A stretch of DNA of 64,000 nucleotides from assembly GCF_004010195.1 (NCBI RefSeq), contig NC_057753.1, positions 13,740,485-13,804,484 of the forward strand. Reading direction: 5' to 3'. How positions within the stretch are numbered: the stretch's first letter is position 1; each line of letters opens with the position of its first letter. Below the pieces are notes generated by a model. The model saw only the letters and a list, made by a program, of their open reading frames with translations, was not told where the DNA came from and did no database searches. The translations under genes were made by a program, and so were the position numbers. The DNA comes from Chiloscyllium plagiosum (lineage: Eukaryota). This document shows, piece after piece, positions 25,241 through 37,738 of the stretch.

Positions 25241-26894
25241 CGTGATGAAGAATGTGTCAGAGATGGTTGTGACACTGACCACAACCCGCTTTAATTCTTA
25301 AAACATTTTAAAGATAAGAATATGAGAGTCCTTCATTGGAGTCTTATGATACATACTTTTAATTTAGAAATCATACATGTTGCATGTTGGAAGATTGTAA
25401 TCACAGATGTATTATCGCAGATTTAACTGACGGCGTTTAGATGAGTTTTGCGTTTATGTAGTATTATATTTAATATAATTTAACACAATTCGATGCTCCT
25501 GGTGTGTAAGACCTGGGAAGACTGAACAGTTGGGAGGAGAACTGCCAAGCCCCAGCATGTAAACAGCCTGCCTGAAAAATAGCTCTCTTTAAAGTACCTT
25601 TACCAATCAGTAACCTGTGACACGTAATTGCTAAGAAGAAGAAAAGAAGACAAAGTCAGATTCAAAGAGATGAATCGAAAGCTGTCTGGTTTTGAGACAA
25701 GTTTGGTGTTAATATGTACTTCTGCTCTCTCGCCATTCCCTAACATTTAGAGAAAAAATGTTCCAAAATGTCTTCTTTAAAATTTCAAGAATAATATTTA
25801 GACGCCGCTGGCAATGGTTGCAATCATCTCTAATGATCAGCCATCTTTTTCAGACACTGCAATGCTTCTGGAAATATACCATCTTTACATTTGCTATGAG
25901 CCAAAACAGAAACAAGAAAATTCGGTTCAATGAAACTCAATCGTAAATGCAGCAAAAAATAAGTTTCTTCTCTACCTTAAAAGTAATTGAAAATGCAAAT
26001 GTTTGTTTAAATCATCACTTTGTCCCTACCCTTCAGACCGACTAACACGCTGCATGGACTGAAGGGAGCTTTCACAATCAGATTGCAGCTCTGTGAACTA
26101 TTGCAGGTCATATCCTCTAAAATCATGAACTGTTTACCTCTCCTGACATTGCATACAGGCAAATAAAGGTTTTCTGTCTGTGTTTTTTCACTGATAAAGA
26201 GATCAGCATGTGGGGGACACTGCAGTGTCATCTATCGTGTGTGGTATTGTGCAGTTAATCATCAGACACAAATATGCAGCACACGAATATAATGTAATGT
26301 GTGCTTCTGGTTTCTGTCAGGCCATTACAACATATTTGCTTTACTTTCATGCATGCATTCGATCTATTTCAATAGAATTCAGCATAAATATGTGAAAAGA
26401 GTGCATGATTTTGTTTGAATTGGTTTACTCACTTTTGAGGTGCTTTTCTGTAGCCTGTCTTCAACCTGTTAGCAAAGAGTTGCAAAACTTTGTTTTGATA
26501 TATGTTACGTTTTGTGAGGTACAGATCCAAAGGTACAATCCAATCTTGAAGAAAATATTCCACAAGATTTCAAAAAGCAGGTTTTTTTTAAGACTTATTA
26601 TGACAAAGGTCTGTGCTCTTGTCATGTTCCTGCATCACAAAGACAGGGCCTTGCTGCTCTGAAGACAGGGGACATGATCAGATGTGAACCAGTGATGAAG
26701 TGTGAAAGGACCGAGAAAGCATTTCTTCACTTGAGATGAAAATATCCCCTTTCTAACTAATCAAAGACTTGACACACCACGTGACTTTAACTGGGTGGTG
26801 TTTTCTTTAATCCTTTGACTGATTCATGCCTTTCTTTCATTCACGTCCTTTGCTGTCAGCGGTGTCCCAGTTTCTGATTTACATTTCAATTGGA

Positions 26895-26952
26895 ATGACG
26901 TATCATTTGGCGCAAATGAATCCCTCAGTAGTCATTCTGGCAATGGCAACAT
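26895..26952 (+). pseudogene. Probable leader exon of V3 (MTYHLAQMNPSVVILAMAT)
   Basis: ATG at 26895, hydrophobic stretch, phase-1 GTAAGT at 26953, compatible with the acceptor at 27763. Confidence 0.6.
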
Positions 26953-27763
26953 GTAAGTACAGGAGCTGTACTCACTAAATAGCTGTGCTTTTTAAAAAGT
27001 TGTTTACGTTTATCCAGTTTTCAGAGTTTGAGTCTTTTTCCGCTCTGCTCTCTGTGGCATTCATTATCGTTGAGAAGTTAAATGTTTTAATTAGAATTGA
27101 CTTGGTTGAGAGATTAATTTGAAATAAAAAGAAGATACTTGGATTAAACGTGAATCTGGCCTGATTTACTTTTGAATAATTGCCAACAATTCAGATCTCT
27201 TTCTTACCGAAGTAGCAATGGAGACAGAAAATAGAAATGAAAAGCAATTCCTGCGATCATACTAATATGGGAAAAATAACATCAAACATAAATGAATATA
27301 ATGGGTATGACTCCTTCCTCCAAGAATGAGAAGACAGATGAGTTGATTAAATTATATCATTAGAATGGTTAATGGGCATGTCAGACTTGGAGAGGATGCT
27401 TCTCCCATTGATGTTTCAGATCTTGGTGCCCGAAAAGTCGATTAACTGGAAATGTAGACAGAATTTCTTCAGACAGAGGTTTGGGCGAGCGTGGCTCTCA
27501 GCGCCACGAGAAATAGTTGAAAAGAATAGTAAAGATGAATTGAAATGCAAAGTAGACTTACACGGGAGAATGAAATACGTTTAGGGACTTGAAAGGAAGC
27601 GGGAGGGTGCCTGCTCGCTTTTATTGCCCACACAGACATGGGTCTGATGACCAACTGGGCATTTCTTTGGGCTCCAGTTCCTATCGACATTTTCTGGAAT
27701 ACGGATTGTGAACTTTCTCAATCTGTGGAACATTTAATCATTTTCTTGAAAATTGTCTTCCAG

Positions 27764-28106
27764 ATGTGAGAAATGGGAATTCTGTCACTCAGCGAAAACT
27801 TTCTCTCTCGCATTCAGAGGGAGAAGATGTCACTTTAAACTGCACCTACAATGGCGATGCTTCTTAATGTTTCTGGTACCGTCAGTACCCAGACAGACAA
27901 CCCGAGTTCACATTCCAGAGGTACACAACTGATACGGATGCATATAAGGCAGATTTAGTTCAGATCAGATATTCTGATGCCCACCAAAGGACAGAAAATT
28001 CGTACCGATTGACAACCTCGAAGCTGCAGTTATATGACACCGCAGTGTATTACTGTGCAATGAGCCTTCATGTGCTGGAAAAGAGCGCAAACATCATGCA
28101 ATATCT
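27764..28106 (+). pseudogene. TCR alpha/delta V pseudogene (V3)
   Basis: VRNGNSVTQRKLSLSHSEGEDVTLNCTYNGDAS*(TAA 27865)CFWYRQYPDRQPEF...YKADLVQIRYSD...LQLYDTAVYYCAMS. Mutated heptamer TCATGTG (28068-28074), 23-nt spacer, GCAATATCT (28098-28106). Confidence 0.9.
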
Positions 28107-29235
28107 GGCACTGATATCTGGGTCACGGCTGCTCTATATTTGCAGGATTGTTTGTAACAGCAAGTCAAGCACATTAGATTGTGTTCTGGTTTTGATTGTA
28201 TACCTGAGAAGCAATATAAAGTCTTTCACATTCAACATGCTGATCATTGTACTGATTATGGAAGACAACTAATACTGTTTATTTAGGGCTCACTGAAGGC
28301 TTTCAGATTTTATTGAGCGTAGAATATTCTGCAGCTAACCACACATGTACATAATTGATTTGAAAAATAAAACAGCAAATGAACATTTTTTAAACATGTG
28401 AAACACCTGTATTTAGCATCCTGCCAGATAAGGTATATCCATATAGTTACAACAATCTCAGTGAACACATCTCAATGTTAAAGTCACTCGTACATGGTAA
28501 AAAAATCTAAGAATGCGGAATGTGAAGAGCGTGAAAGAGAATGATTTTAAGGCAAGATAAGAGAATGCTGAAGGAAGATGTAAAGAGTAATGTCCTATAA
28601 GAACAATCGTGATGCATTCTGGGCACCAGACCGTTACGATCAATGGTTAATCTTAAAATGTTAACTTGATAGGTAGTCATCATGAAAATATGTATTCCTT
28701 CAACATGTGACTTCTTTTTTATCCCGTCATGAGATGTATGCGCCCCTGCGGAAACAAAACAGCATTTGTTGCCTTTCCTTAATTGCCCTTGAACTGGGTG
28801 CGTTTCTAAAGATTTTTGGAAGCCAATCAAGCGTCAATCACATTGGTTTTCCTCATGTCAACCGGACTAGGTAACGAAGACATCATTCTTTCCTGAAAGA
28901 ATATCAAAATTTTGTTTTTTTTTGTTTGCGCACCAATCGATCACTGTTTCAGGTGTATGCTTACAGGGACTAGCTAATTGCAGATTATTTCATTACATAA
29001 TTTACATTCCATTAGTCGACCTGTTTGCAGAACATTTGCCTGAGCCTCTAAATTACTGATGCCTTAATATCACTATGACAATATTACCCGCCATTCCAAT
29101 GTACATTTTACATACAATTTTTTTCATGTGTTTTTCATGTTTTACGTTTTGGGCATTAAAATCATCAAATAAAATTGACCATTTTAAAATTCAAATGATA
29201 CGACTTTTATTTTTCCCCAATTTAAAAGTTTTATA

Positions 29236-29650
29236 CAGTAGTGCCCCCCGTATCCACGGGGGATATGTTCCAAGACCGACCACACAAACCTGAGAGTTTG
29301 AATCGTAGTGAACCCATTGAATTAGATGGGAAACGGACCTTCCTGGCAGCTCCGTGTTCCCTGGTTCGGGAAGTTTCCCTGTAATATATTTGGGATACGA
29401 TAAACTGCAGGTAAGTGCAACCACGGACACCGGACCTAGAGATAAGGAGGACGCACTATTCTTCAAAACATCCATGTGTGAATCAAGAACAGTTGATCGA
29501 CCAGAGATTATATTATCTAATACAGTGTCCTAGCTGCATTATTTACCATTCCTCAAACCAGGAGTGTAGTAATCTCTATGATATTGGGAATTGTTATTTA
29601 TCCTGTTTGAATTTACTTGCGGATAAAAGTAAAATGCTTGTTGCTATTAC
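29236..29650 (+). mobile_element. Tigger/pogo-like DNA transposon left end (truncated)
   Basis: TA followed by CAGTAGTGCCCCCCGTATCCACGGGGGATATGTTCCAAGACC, resembling Tigger/MER44-type termini. No right TIR seen, so the right boundary is uncertain. Confidence 0.55.
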
Positions 29651-29993
29651 GAAAGATACAGAGTATTTAACAATGGTAAGTAAAATTTTCCATGTATTAA
29701 TAACAAATCACAGGCTGGAGACACAACCGTCATTGTTTTTTTTTCTCTCTCAGCTCCCAATGCAACTAAGAGTTACTGCACATATTGTCAATTTTAGAAT
29801 CGATCATATCCCCGCCCAAAGCTTCCATTTCCTGCTCTTACTTCCTGCCCCCAGCCACTCCTATTAAGTCTATCTCATTTGTGCTTTTGGAGAGATTGCT
29901 GCCACTGCATCATCTATGTTATTGATTGGATCAGCAAAGCAGTTGGGCAAGGATCTGCATCTCTACTCAGTTCGAGTTACAGAGTCGGCAAAC

Positions 29994-32562
29994 ATGATGG
30001 GGAAATGTCTCATACATGTTACTGTTACGATAGACATGTGGAGACTGTTTAAGGAACAATTGTTGCAAGTGATGAATAAATATGTCCCTCTGAGACGGCA
30101 AGAAGTGGTGAGATAAAGGAACTTTGGATGATGAGAGCGGTGGAGCTTCTTGTCAAAATGAAAAAGGTAGCTTACATAAGGTGGAGGAAGCGAGGGTCAA
30201 GCTCAGCTCTAGAGGATTACAGGCAGGCGAGGAAGGAGATCAAAAATGGTCTGAGGAGAGCCAGGAGGGGGCACGAGAAAGGCTTGGCAGAACCGATTAG
30301 GGAGAACACAAAGGCATTTTGCACTTATGTGAGGAATAAGAGAATGGTCAAAGAAAGAGTAGGGCTGATCAGGGATAGCATATGGAATTTGTGTGTGGAG
30401 TCTGAGGAGGTAGGGGAAGCCCTAAATGAGTTTTTTGCTTCTGCCTTTACGAAAGAAACGAACTTTGTAGTCAATGAAACCTTTGAAATGCAGGTGTGCA
30501 TGCTGGAATGGATAGGGATAGAGGAAGCGGATGTGCTGAAAATTTTGTCAAACATTAAGATTGACAAGTCGCCAGGCCCGGACCAGATTTGTCCTCGGCT
30601 GCTTTGGGAAAAGAGAAATGCAATTGCTTCGCCACTTGCAAATATCTTTGCATCCTCGCTCTCCACTGGAGTCGTACCTGAGGACTGGAGAGAGGCAAAT
30701 TTAATTCTTCTCTTCAAGAAAGGAAATAGGGAAATCCCCGGCAATTACAGACCAGTAATTTCACGTCTGTCGTCTGCAAGGTGTTAGAAAGGATTCTGAG
30801 GGATAGGATTTATGAGCATCTGGAAGAGCATGGCTTGATTAAATGCAGTCAACACGGCTTTGTGAGGGGCAGGTTATGCCTCACAAACCTTATCGAGTTC
30901 TTTGAGGATGTGACGAGAAAAGTTGATGAGGGTCGAGCTGTGGATGTGGTGTATATGGACTTCAGCAAGGTTCCCCATGCTAGGCTCATTCTGAAGGTCA
31001 GGAGGAATGGGATTCAGGGGAACATAGCTGTCTGGATACAGAATTGGCTGGCCAACAGAAGACAGCAAGTGGTAGTAGAAGGAAAATATTCTTCCTGGAA
31101 GTCTGTGGTGAGTGGTGTCCCATAGGGCTCTGTCCTTCGGCCTCTACTGTTTGTAATCTTTATTATTGACTTGGATGAGGGAATTAAAAGGATGGGTCAA
31201 CAAGTTTGCAGGCGACACAAAGGTTGGAGGTTGACTGTATAGAGGGCTGTTGTAGGCTGCAGCGGGACATTGACAGGATGCAGAGATGGGCTGAGAGGTG
31301 GCAGATGGAGTTCAACCTGGATAAATGCGAGGTGCTGCATTTTGAAGGTCGAATTTGAAAGCTGAGTACAGGATTAAGGATAGGAGTCTTGGCAGTGCGG
31401 AGGAAAAGAGGGATCTTGGTGTGCAGGTACATAGATCCCTTAAAATGGCCACCCAAGTGGACAGGGTTGTGAAGAGAAGCATATGGTGTTTTGGCTTTCA
31501 TTAACAGGGGGATTGAGTTTAAGAGTCGTGAGATCTTGTTGCAGCTCGAAAAAATTTTGGTTAGACCGCACTTGGAATACTGCATCCAGTTCTGGTCACC
31601 CTATTATAGGAAAGATGTGGATGCTTTGGAGAGGGTTCAGAGGAGGTTTACGAGGATGCTGTCTGGACTGGAGGGCTTATCTTATGAAGAAAGGGTGACT
31701 GAGCTCGGACTTTTTTCATTGGAGAAAAGGAGGAGGAGAGGGGACCTAATTGAGGTATACAAGATAATGAGAGGCATAGATAGAGTCGATATGACTAACA
31801 GAAATGACTAACACGAGGGGTCATAGTTTTAAGCTGGTTGGAGGAAAGTATAGCGAGGATGTCAGTGGCGGGTTCTTTACACAGAGAGCATGGAATACTT
31901 TGCCAGCAGTCATTGTGGAAGCAAGGTCATTGGGGACATTTAAGAGACTACTGGACATGCATATGGTCACAGAAATTTGAGGGTGCATACATGAGAATCA
32001 GTGGTTGGCACAACATGGTGGGCTGAAGGGCCTGTTCTGTGCTGTACTGTTCTATGTTCTACAGTTCCTCACCATCGTATCTATTCTCAGTATGTTTCTC
32101 CTTCACAGAAAAAGGCTGATTTTTACAAACTGAATGTTTTTATTTGTCGACGAGACGGTGAGGATTATGTTGATCAATAGGAGGCCGATGTTAATTGAAA
32201 TTCTTACTTCGTTTCACATGTTATAATAGAGCCAGCAGGATACAATGGAACAACAGTTTGCTGAAATGACGGTTGGAGAGGGAACGGATATCGTCCTGAC
32301 CTGCAATTTGAAGACAAGTGATTCGAACCCTTTTGCATACTGGTACAGTCGGCGCACCATGCAGCCTCCAGATTTCATGTTTCGGCCTATTGGGATGAAT
32401 GTGCACAGGAACACTGGCGCCAGCGATCGAATTTCTTCAAATAAAACTGGCAAGATCGCTGAACTGTCATTCTGCAATATCCTTATCCCTGACAGAGCCG
32501 TGTATCTCTGTGCGCTGCAGCCCACACTGATGCAGAGATGTAGTGGATCCTGTACAAAAACC
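29994..32562 (+). pseudogene. TCR V pseudogene (V4; V5 family) with its leader split by a CR1 insertion
   Basis: Leader halves MMGKCLI (29994-30014) and QFLTIVSIL|GTATGT (32062-32095). V exon DTMEQQFAEMTVGEGTDIVLTCNLKTSDSNPFAYWYS...DRAVYLCALQP (~32225-32522). No AG at the expected acceptor, and an in-frame TAG at 32227. RSS CACACTG-24-ACAAAAACC at 32523-32562. Confidence 0.88.
30017..32063 (+). mobile_element. 5'-truncated CR1 LINE (~2.05 kb)
   Basis: ORF2 pieces 30128-30787, 30781-31125 and 31491-31811 (KSPGPDQI, SQHGFVRGR, RPHLEYCIQFWSP). ttctatgttcta tail, flanked by TACA duplication. Confidence 0.95.
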
Positions 32563-32764
32563 CACATTGAGAGTATCAGTTTGTGTGCACTAGAGTGCAC
32601 CCTAATATAGAGCAACGCAATCAATTGAGTCCAAGGCTGGGGGAGAACCACAAAACTGTTCAAAGATGTCGAAACGTACAACGCTGAACACGAACAAGGG
32701 CGATTCTATTTCACAGTTAGACTGCATCAGCAAGCCCAACTTGTAGTACCAATTGGCTTTATAA

Positions 32765-32895
32765 GTTCTGAAGAAGGATTATGGACTCGAAATGCTAACT
32801 CCAATTTCACTCCAGAGATGCTGCCGATCGTGCTGAGGTTTTCCAGCAAATTATGGCTTTGTTTCTGACTTCCAGTACCCGCGGTTCCTTCCGTA
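32765..32895 (+). mobile_element. Penelope terminal remnant
   Basis: ctgaagaagg...ctcgaaatgctaactc...agatgctgcc...tgctgaggttttccagcaa. Confidence 0.55.
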
Positions 32896-33389
32896 TTTAC
32901 CTTAATGTATTGTTCTCTGATATTTTTCAAATTTCGATTACTAGACCTAAATGATTGAAGTCAAAAATAATAAATGATTCGTCCAGGGATTGCATGTATT
33001 GCCCCAACTTTGAGAGACTTTTCAATCTGTATTACAGAAATGAATTCTGCGTTGCAAATACATTCTGAGTCATTGGTTCATAAGAGAAATGCTATAAACC
33101 TACACTGACCTTACTTGATTTCTTCGTGCACTCCAATCCTGTTCTTGTACATCCAGGAACTATGGAAAATTCAGACGTCTGTACTGAAGACATGTAGCAT
33201 GGAGGGTGAAGGGGTTAGGTTGTGACGTGGGGAATGAGGGATGGTGAAGAGGAATCTCTTGATTTACCAGGATGGCACTCTGTCAATTTGCACAAGTTAA
33301 ACAAAATGATTGCTTCAAATATCGATGGTTTTCATCTCGCCCACAGTGCAGTGTATCTTTCTACCATGTATCCTACATTACTGCAGAAA

Positions 33390-33693
33390 TTAGATTAGAT
33401 TCCTTATAGAGTGGAAACAGGCCCTTCGGTCCAACCAGTCCACACCGACCCTCCGAAGAGTAACCCACCCAGACCCATTTCCCTCTGACTAACGCACCTA
33501 ACACTACGGGCAATTTATCATTGCCAATTCAACTGACGTGCACATCTTTGGACTGTGGGAGGAAACCAGCGCACCCGGAGGAAACCCACGCAGAATGTGC
33601 AAACGCCACACCGACAGTCACCCGAGCCTGGAATTGAACGTAGGACCTTGGTAGCAGTGAGATACCAGTTCTAACCACTGAGCCACCGTGCCG
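33390..33693 (-). mobile_element. HE1/V-SINE-type tRNA-derived SINE
   Basis: Minus strand cggcacggtggctcagtggttag...gtgggtttcctccgggtgcgctggtttcctcccacagtccaaagatgtgc, with an (atcta)n tail. Confidence 0.9.
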
Positions 33694-34282
33694 TCTGGAG
33701 TCGAGGGCTCCAGACAAAAACACTGAGAGTTCGACCTCTTGTTGATGAGATGGTGCTCTCACACCACTAAACGCAGCAATTATTCAGAAATATGAACGAG
33801 ATGCGTCGAAGACACTGAGGTGGTCTGGCTCCATTTATTGAAAGGGATGAAGATTCAATGTACTGAGTTTTCTGACACCTCCCTGCACCCAGGGAAGACT
33901 AAAAGCGAATCCCCCCCTTGACTGCCAGTGAACCCAAACTTTCTACCCTGTTTTTGTTCATAATCTTTCCATATGCTTTATCTGGCCTAATTAACATCTG
34001 TCCAGTCTTCGTCCTCATTAATTATGATCAATTCAGATAACAAATTCCTCCTCTCTTAAAATTTTGTGGGAAATTTATGTTGAATCTAAACGACACACCA
34101 TGTCCAGCTGCCAAGTATTGATTTTACTACTCAGCTATCTCCCGTCTATCCATGTGCACAGCTCCTTTTATGGTCTCTGATCAGCCCTCCACCTCGTTCA
34201 ACACTCTTTTATTCTTGATATGTCACTAAATAACTTTGACATTTCTTTTTAGAGGCAAATCATGACATCTGTAGTGAAAGCA

Positions 34283-34468
34283 ATGCATGCTGAAGATCAC
34301 AACGGATATGGGAGCATCCATGGAGCGAGAGCTATCTAATGTTTCTAGTCGAGACGATTCTTCAGCGGGCCCTGAAAAAGAGTAATCTAGACGCGAAGCA
34401 TTAGCTTGCTCTCTCAGTAATTGGATGCTACCTGGCCCGCTGTGATCTCCAGCATTTTTGTTTTCAGT
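34283..34468. mobile_element. Palindromic Penelope-terminus-derived element
   Basis: Inverted arms atgctgaagatcac... / ...gtgatctccagcat, with central head-to-head ttcttcag / ctgaaaaag motifs. Confidence 0.55.
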
Positions 34469-35994
34469 TGTAATTTCCTTTGCTTCGTTTATTCGTGCGT
34501 CATGTCTGTGTGAATACTTGTATTCCCATGTGCTGTCAGGCATTCATTTCGATGAACAATGAGAGTTATTTTGGCTGGAGGTTGACAGAATTAATGTGCT
34601 AAAGCCCCTCGCCCCGTTGTTTGCTCTTCTCATTAAAACGATACAAGTGTTCCATCTGGTGGTAAACGAATGTGACTGCATGAGTTGTCAATTTTGAAAG
34701 GCATCAAAATATCTTTGTGAGGGCTGCTCTTGACGTGTTTCTCCTGAAACCTTTTGATTCTCAAGGGATTCTGTTTCATTTGCATTGCTTCATTTTACTT
34801 GAAGATGCCTTCAGCAAATAATAATACCTTCGCTGCTTGATTTAACATGTGATCTTTGTCAGCCAGTCCTCTCACATAAAACTTCACAACGTCAGATTTG
34901 GCACAATCTTATTTTATTCAGCATTTGGCAAACGTCTTCTAGAAATGCAAATATATCGCACTGTCTCGTTTCCTTTCAACTGTTCTTCTTCTTACATCCT
35001 CCAAGGATTCCTCAATGTTTGACAGACATGATGGCACGCCATTTCCCCCAAAGTAGACTTATTGACTCTGCTTAATTGTTATGGATTTCTGAATGTTCTG
35101 TTGTTGCGTCCATTACAATAAAATTCAGATATTTATCCTCAATTACAGAAGTTGCTCAATGCAGCCTCGGGCAAACTGCTTTTGCTTTCTTATACTATGG
35201 AACATATGTCGTGAGATTGGGTACAAATAAACAGAAAGCGAAGGTAAGAGATGACGTCAATGTTAGTAAGCTTCATATTCAAAGATGCAATCACTTATTG
35301 ATTGATGGCATGGGATGTATTTCATAGAGATGCATAAAATTTCAACAGGACTCGATAAATTAGTTACAGCGATGAGTGTTCCGATGGTGGATGTGTCGAG
35401 AATCCAGCGTGACGTTCTGAAGATTTGAAGTGAACCATTTAGGACGGAGATGAGGGCATACACCTTCATCCAAAGAGGAATGAGCCTCTGGAATTCATTA
35501 TCACAGCAAGTAGGTGATGCCAAAACAATGAAAATAGAGCGTTCATATGATTATTGCATCCTTCATTTCATTACATATTCCATTCACAAAATTGAGCTTT
35601 TCATGAAGGGTGTGAAATAACTTCAAATTTCAATAAAGAAAATTCCTCGTTGTCCAGTAAAATCAAAGTGCCTTTTAAAATTTTGCTCTGTGTGAGGTGA
35701 CACCGCGGTCAGTTTGGTTGATGAGTGAGCTGTTGCTCGGATTCAAAAAGATAGCATTGGAAGAATGAAACAATTGCGGAACCTGAGAGGTTCACAGCCC
35801 GTAAAGAAAAGCCTGTAGGGGTTTGGCGAGGCCTGCAGAAGGTGACATTGTATCTTTAATCATTTTAAATTTAAAAGGGACAGACAGGCAGACAGATAGA
35901 CATTCTGAGCTTATGATTCATCTGATTTTAACCCATTCAATCATACGCTTCTCCAGGTGAAAAAAAGCTGTGCCCCATTGCAGGCAGAGACGGA

Positions 35995-35995
<1 letters not shown>

Positions 35996-36045
<50 letters not shown>
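35996..36045. repeat. (CA)n microsatellite
   Basis: About 24 perfect CA units. Confidence 0.98.
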
Positions 36046-36048
<3 letters not shown>

Positions 36049-36179
36049 GAAGGCACACTTTAATACATGCAATAATGTAAACTGACTCTCACACAATTAT
36101 CACAAACATAGAGTTAGATATTTAGTGTGACCAAGTTAATTAAAAGCAGTGTTTTGTTACAAAAAATATTAAATTTGAA

Positions 36180-36355
36180 AATTAGTTTTAACGTTTCGGG
36201 TCGAGCAGCACTTCCTGAGAATTCGTTCAGAAGAAGGGCCACTCGAGTCGAAACGTTAATTCTGATATTTCCACCGCATATGCTGCCAATTATGCTGAGC
36301 TTTTCCAGCATTTTTAAAATTTCGTCTCTAATCTACTGCATTTGCAGTTCTTTCC
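36180..36355. mobile_element. Penelope terminal remnant with head-to-head motifs
   Basis: ttaacgtttcgggtcgag...cagaagaagggccactcgagtcgaaacgttaa. Confidence 0.55.
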
Positions 36356-36879
36356 AGTTTATATGAACATTCAAAACTGATCTTGCGTTAATTTGTCTTC
36401 AAACTAATGTTGATACCGATCCACTTAATTTCGATTGCATATTTGCAGTCGCATTCGTCCTGCGATGCAACCTGTTACATATCTGCTGCATGCAAGAGGG
36501 AAATTTTGCTTCGCCTGTACAAAGCCCTGGTCAGTTCACATTGGAAGGACGGAGTGCAGAGTGTTCATCATTCGCTGCTGATATTGAACTCCTGTTAGAG
36601 GGAACTATTCATACATCATAGTAGGATGCTTGAATCCTCTTCTGATACTCTGTTCCTAGGGACAGTGAACAAAAGAACAATAAAAGTAGGATAAGTATCG
36701 ATATCACATTCTTTGTTCTCTATTACTGCAAATCCAAAATCTGAAGAATCGGGATCATTAATTAGATTCTTGTAAGGCAGAAAGGGAAGAGCTATTCGGT
36801 AGAGCTCAAACAATATGTTCGATAAAGATACTATTCCGATTATGGCTGGAAACTCGGCTATAATTACAGTTGGGGAGTC

Positions 36880-37310
36880 ATGAAGCGACGCAGCATGGAA
36901 ACAGAATCTTTGTGCAACTCATCCGCACCAAGAAGTTACCTTGAACAGAAGTAGCGCCGTTTGCCTGCGTTTGGCACTTATCTCTCTAAACCTTTCCTAT
37001 GCTTGCACCAATCCAGATGCTATTAAAATGTTACAATAATAACAATTTTAGCACATCCTCTGCTCTCTCGTTCCATTTACGCACCACCCGATGTGTGAAA
37101 AGTTTGAACCTCAAGTCCTTTTAACATCTTTCCTTTTTCACTTTAAATCTATGCCCTTCAGCGTTGTACTCCCATAACTTGAAAGAAAAGGACCTTGCCT
37201 ATTCACCATATCTGTGCTGTGCATGGTTTTATCAACGTCTACAAGGTCTCTGCCCGGCTTCAGTGCTCCAAGGACATAAAAGACCGAGCGCGTTCAACCT
37301 CTTGCAATCC
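36880..37310 (-). mobile_element. Degenerate CR1 3' end
   Basis: Similar to the CR1 3' ends at 40800 and 45600. Confidence 0.65.
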
Positions 37311-37624
37311 AGTTTTTGTTGCGAGTTCTTGAATCACAAGAAAATCACAGAAATCACTTTTTAATGTGACACTGGAGCCCTGAATCAGCTACCTCTCCAG
37401 AACATTAAATGCCATCCTCTTTTGAAAAAGGAAACCAAATAACTAATCTTGACAGACGTTAAACCCTGGATGACATTAAATGCAGCTGAACTCGTTCATG
37501 CATCATTATGATGTAAAACCTGGTGATTAATTTAGCGCGCTACAAAGCATGCGTTGCTTGCTTCTCACAAAGAATCGCTTGCCTGCCCAACAAAGTGAAA
37601 CCGCTGACGTGGATTCTGATGTGT

Positions 37625-37738
37625 CCCCCTCTCTCTCTGTCTTCCTCTCTCTCTCTCTCTCCCTCTCTCTGTCCACCTCTCTCGCTGTAACCCCCTCTCT
37701 CTCTGTCTCCCCCTCTCTCAGTGTCCCTCTCTCTCTCA
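37625..37738. repeat. CT-rich low-complexity repeat
   Basis: Imperfect (CT)n. Confidence 0.9.

Larger units (their letters stand above)
16961..25710 (+). mobile_element. Degenerate Gmr1-like Ty3/Gypsy LTR retrotransposon (gag-PR-IN-RT-RH) with nested insertions
   Basis: 5' LTR TGTTAT(16961)...ATAACA(18357). PBS TGGGGGCTCG (tRNA-Pro-like) at 18361. SCAN-like gag EIILLEEFKN...AELAD at ~19700. CCHC knuckle CFHC at ~19980. Protease RDTG at ~20245. Integrase GHLG...FYWPGM...C..C from ~20960. RT with SPIILVPK (~22330) and YLDD (22701). RNase H with TDHNP at ~25275. Partial 3' LTR at ~25500-25710. Confidence 0.9.

Noticed and set aside
32225-32522. V4 as a leaderless NAR-TCR 'supporting' V
   Set aside because: It has a LINE-split leader, no CDR1 cysteine, and no upstream NAR V/D/J was seen.
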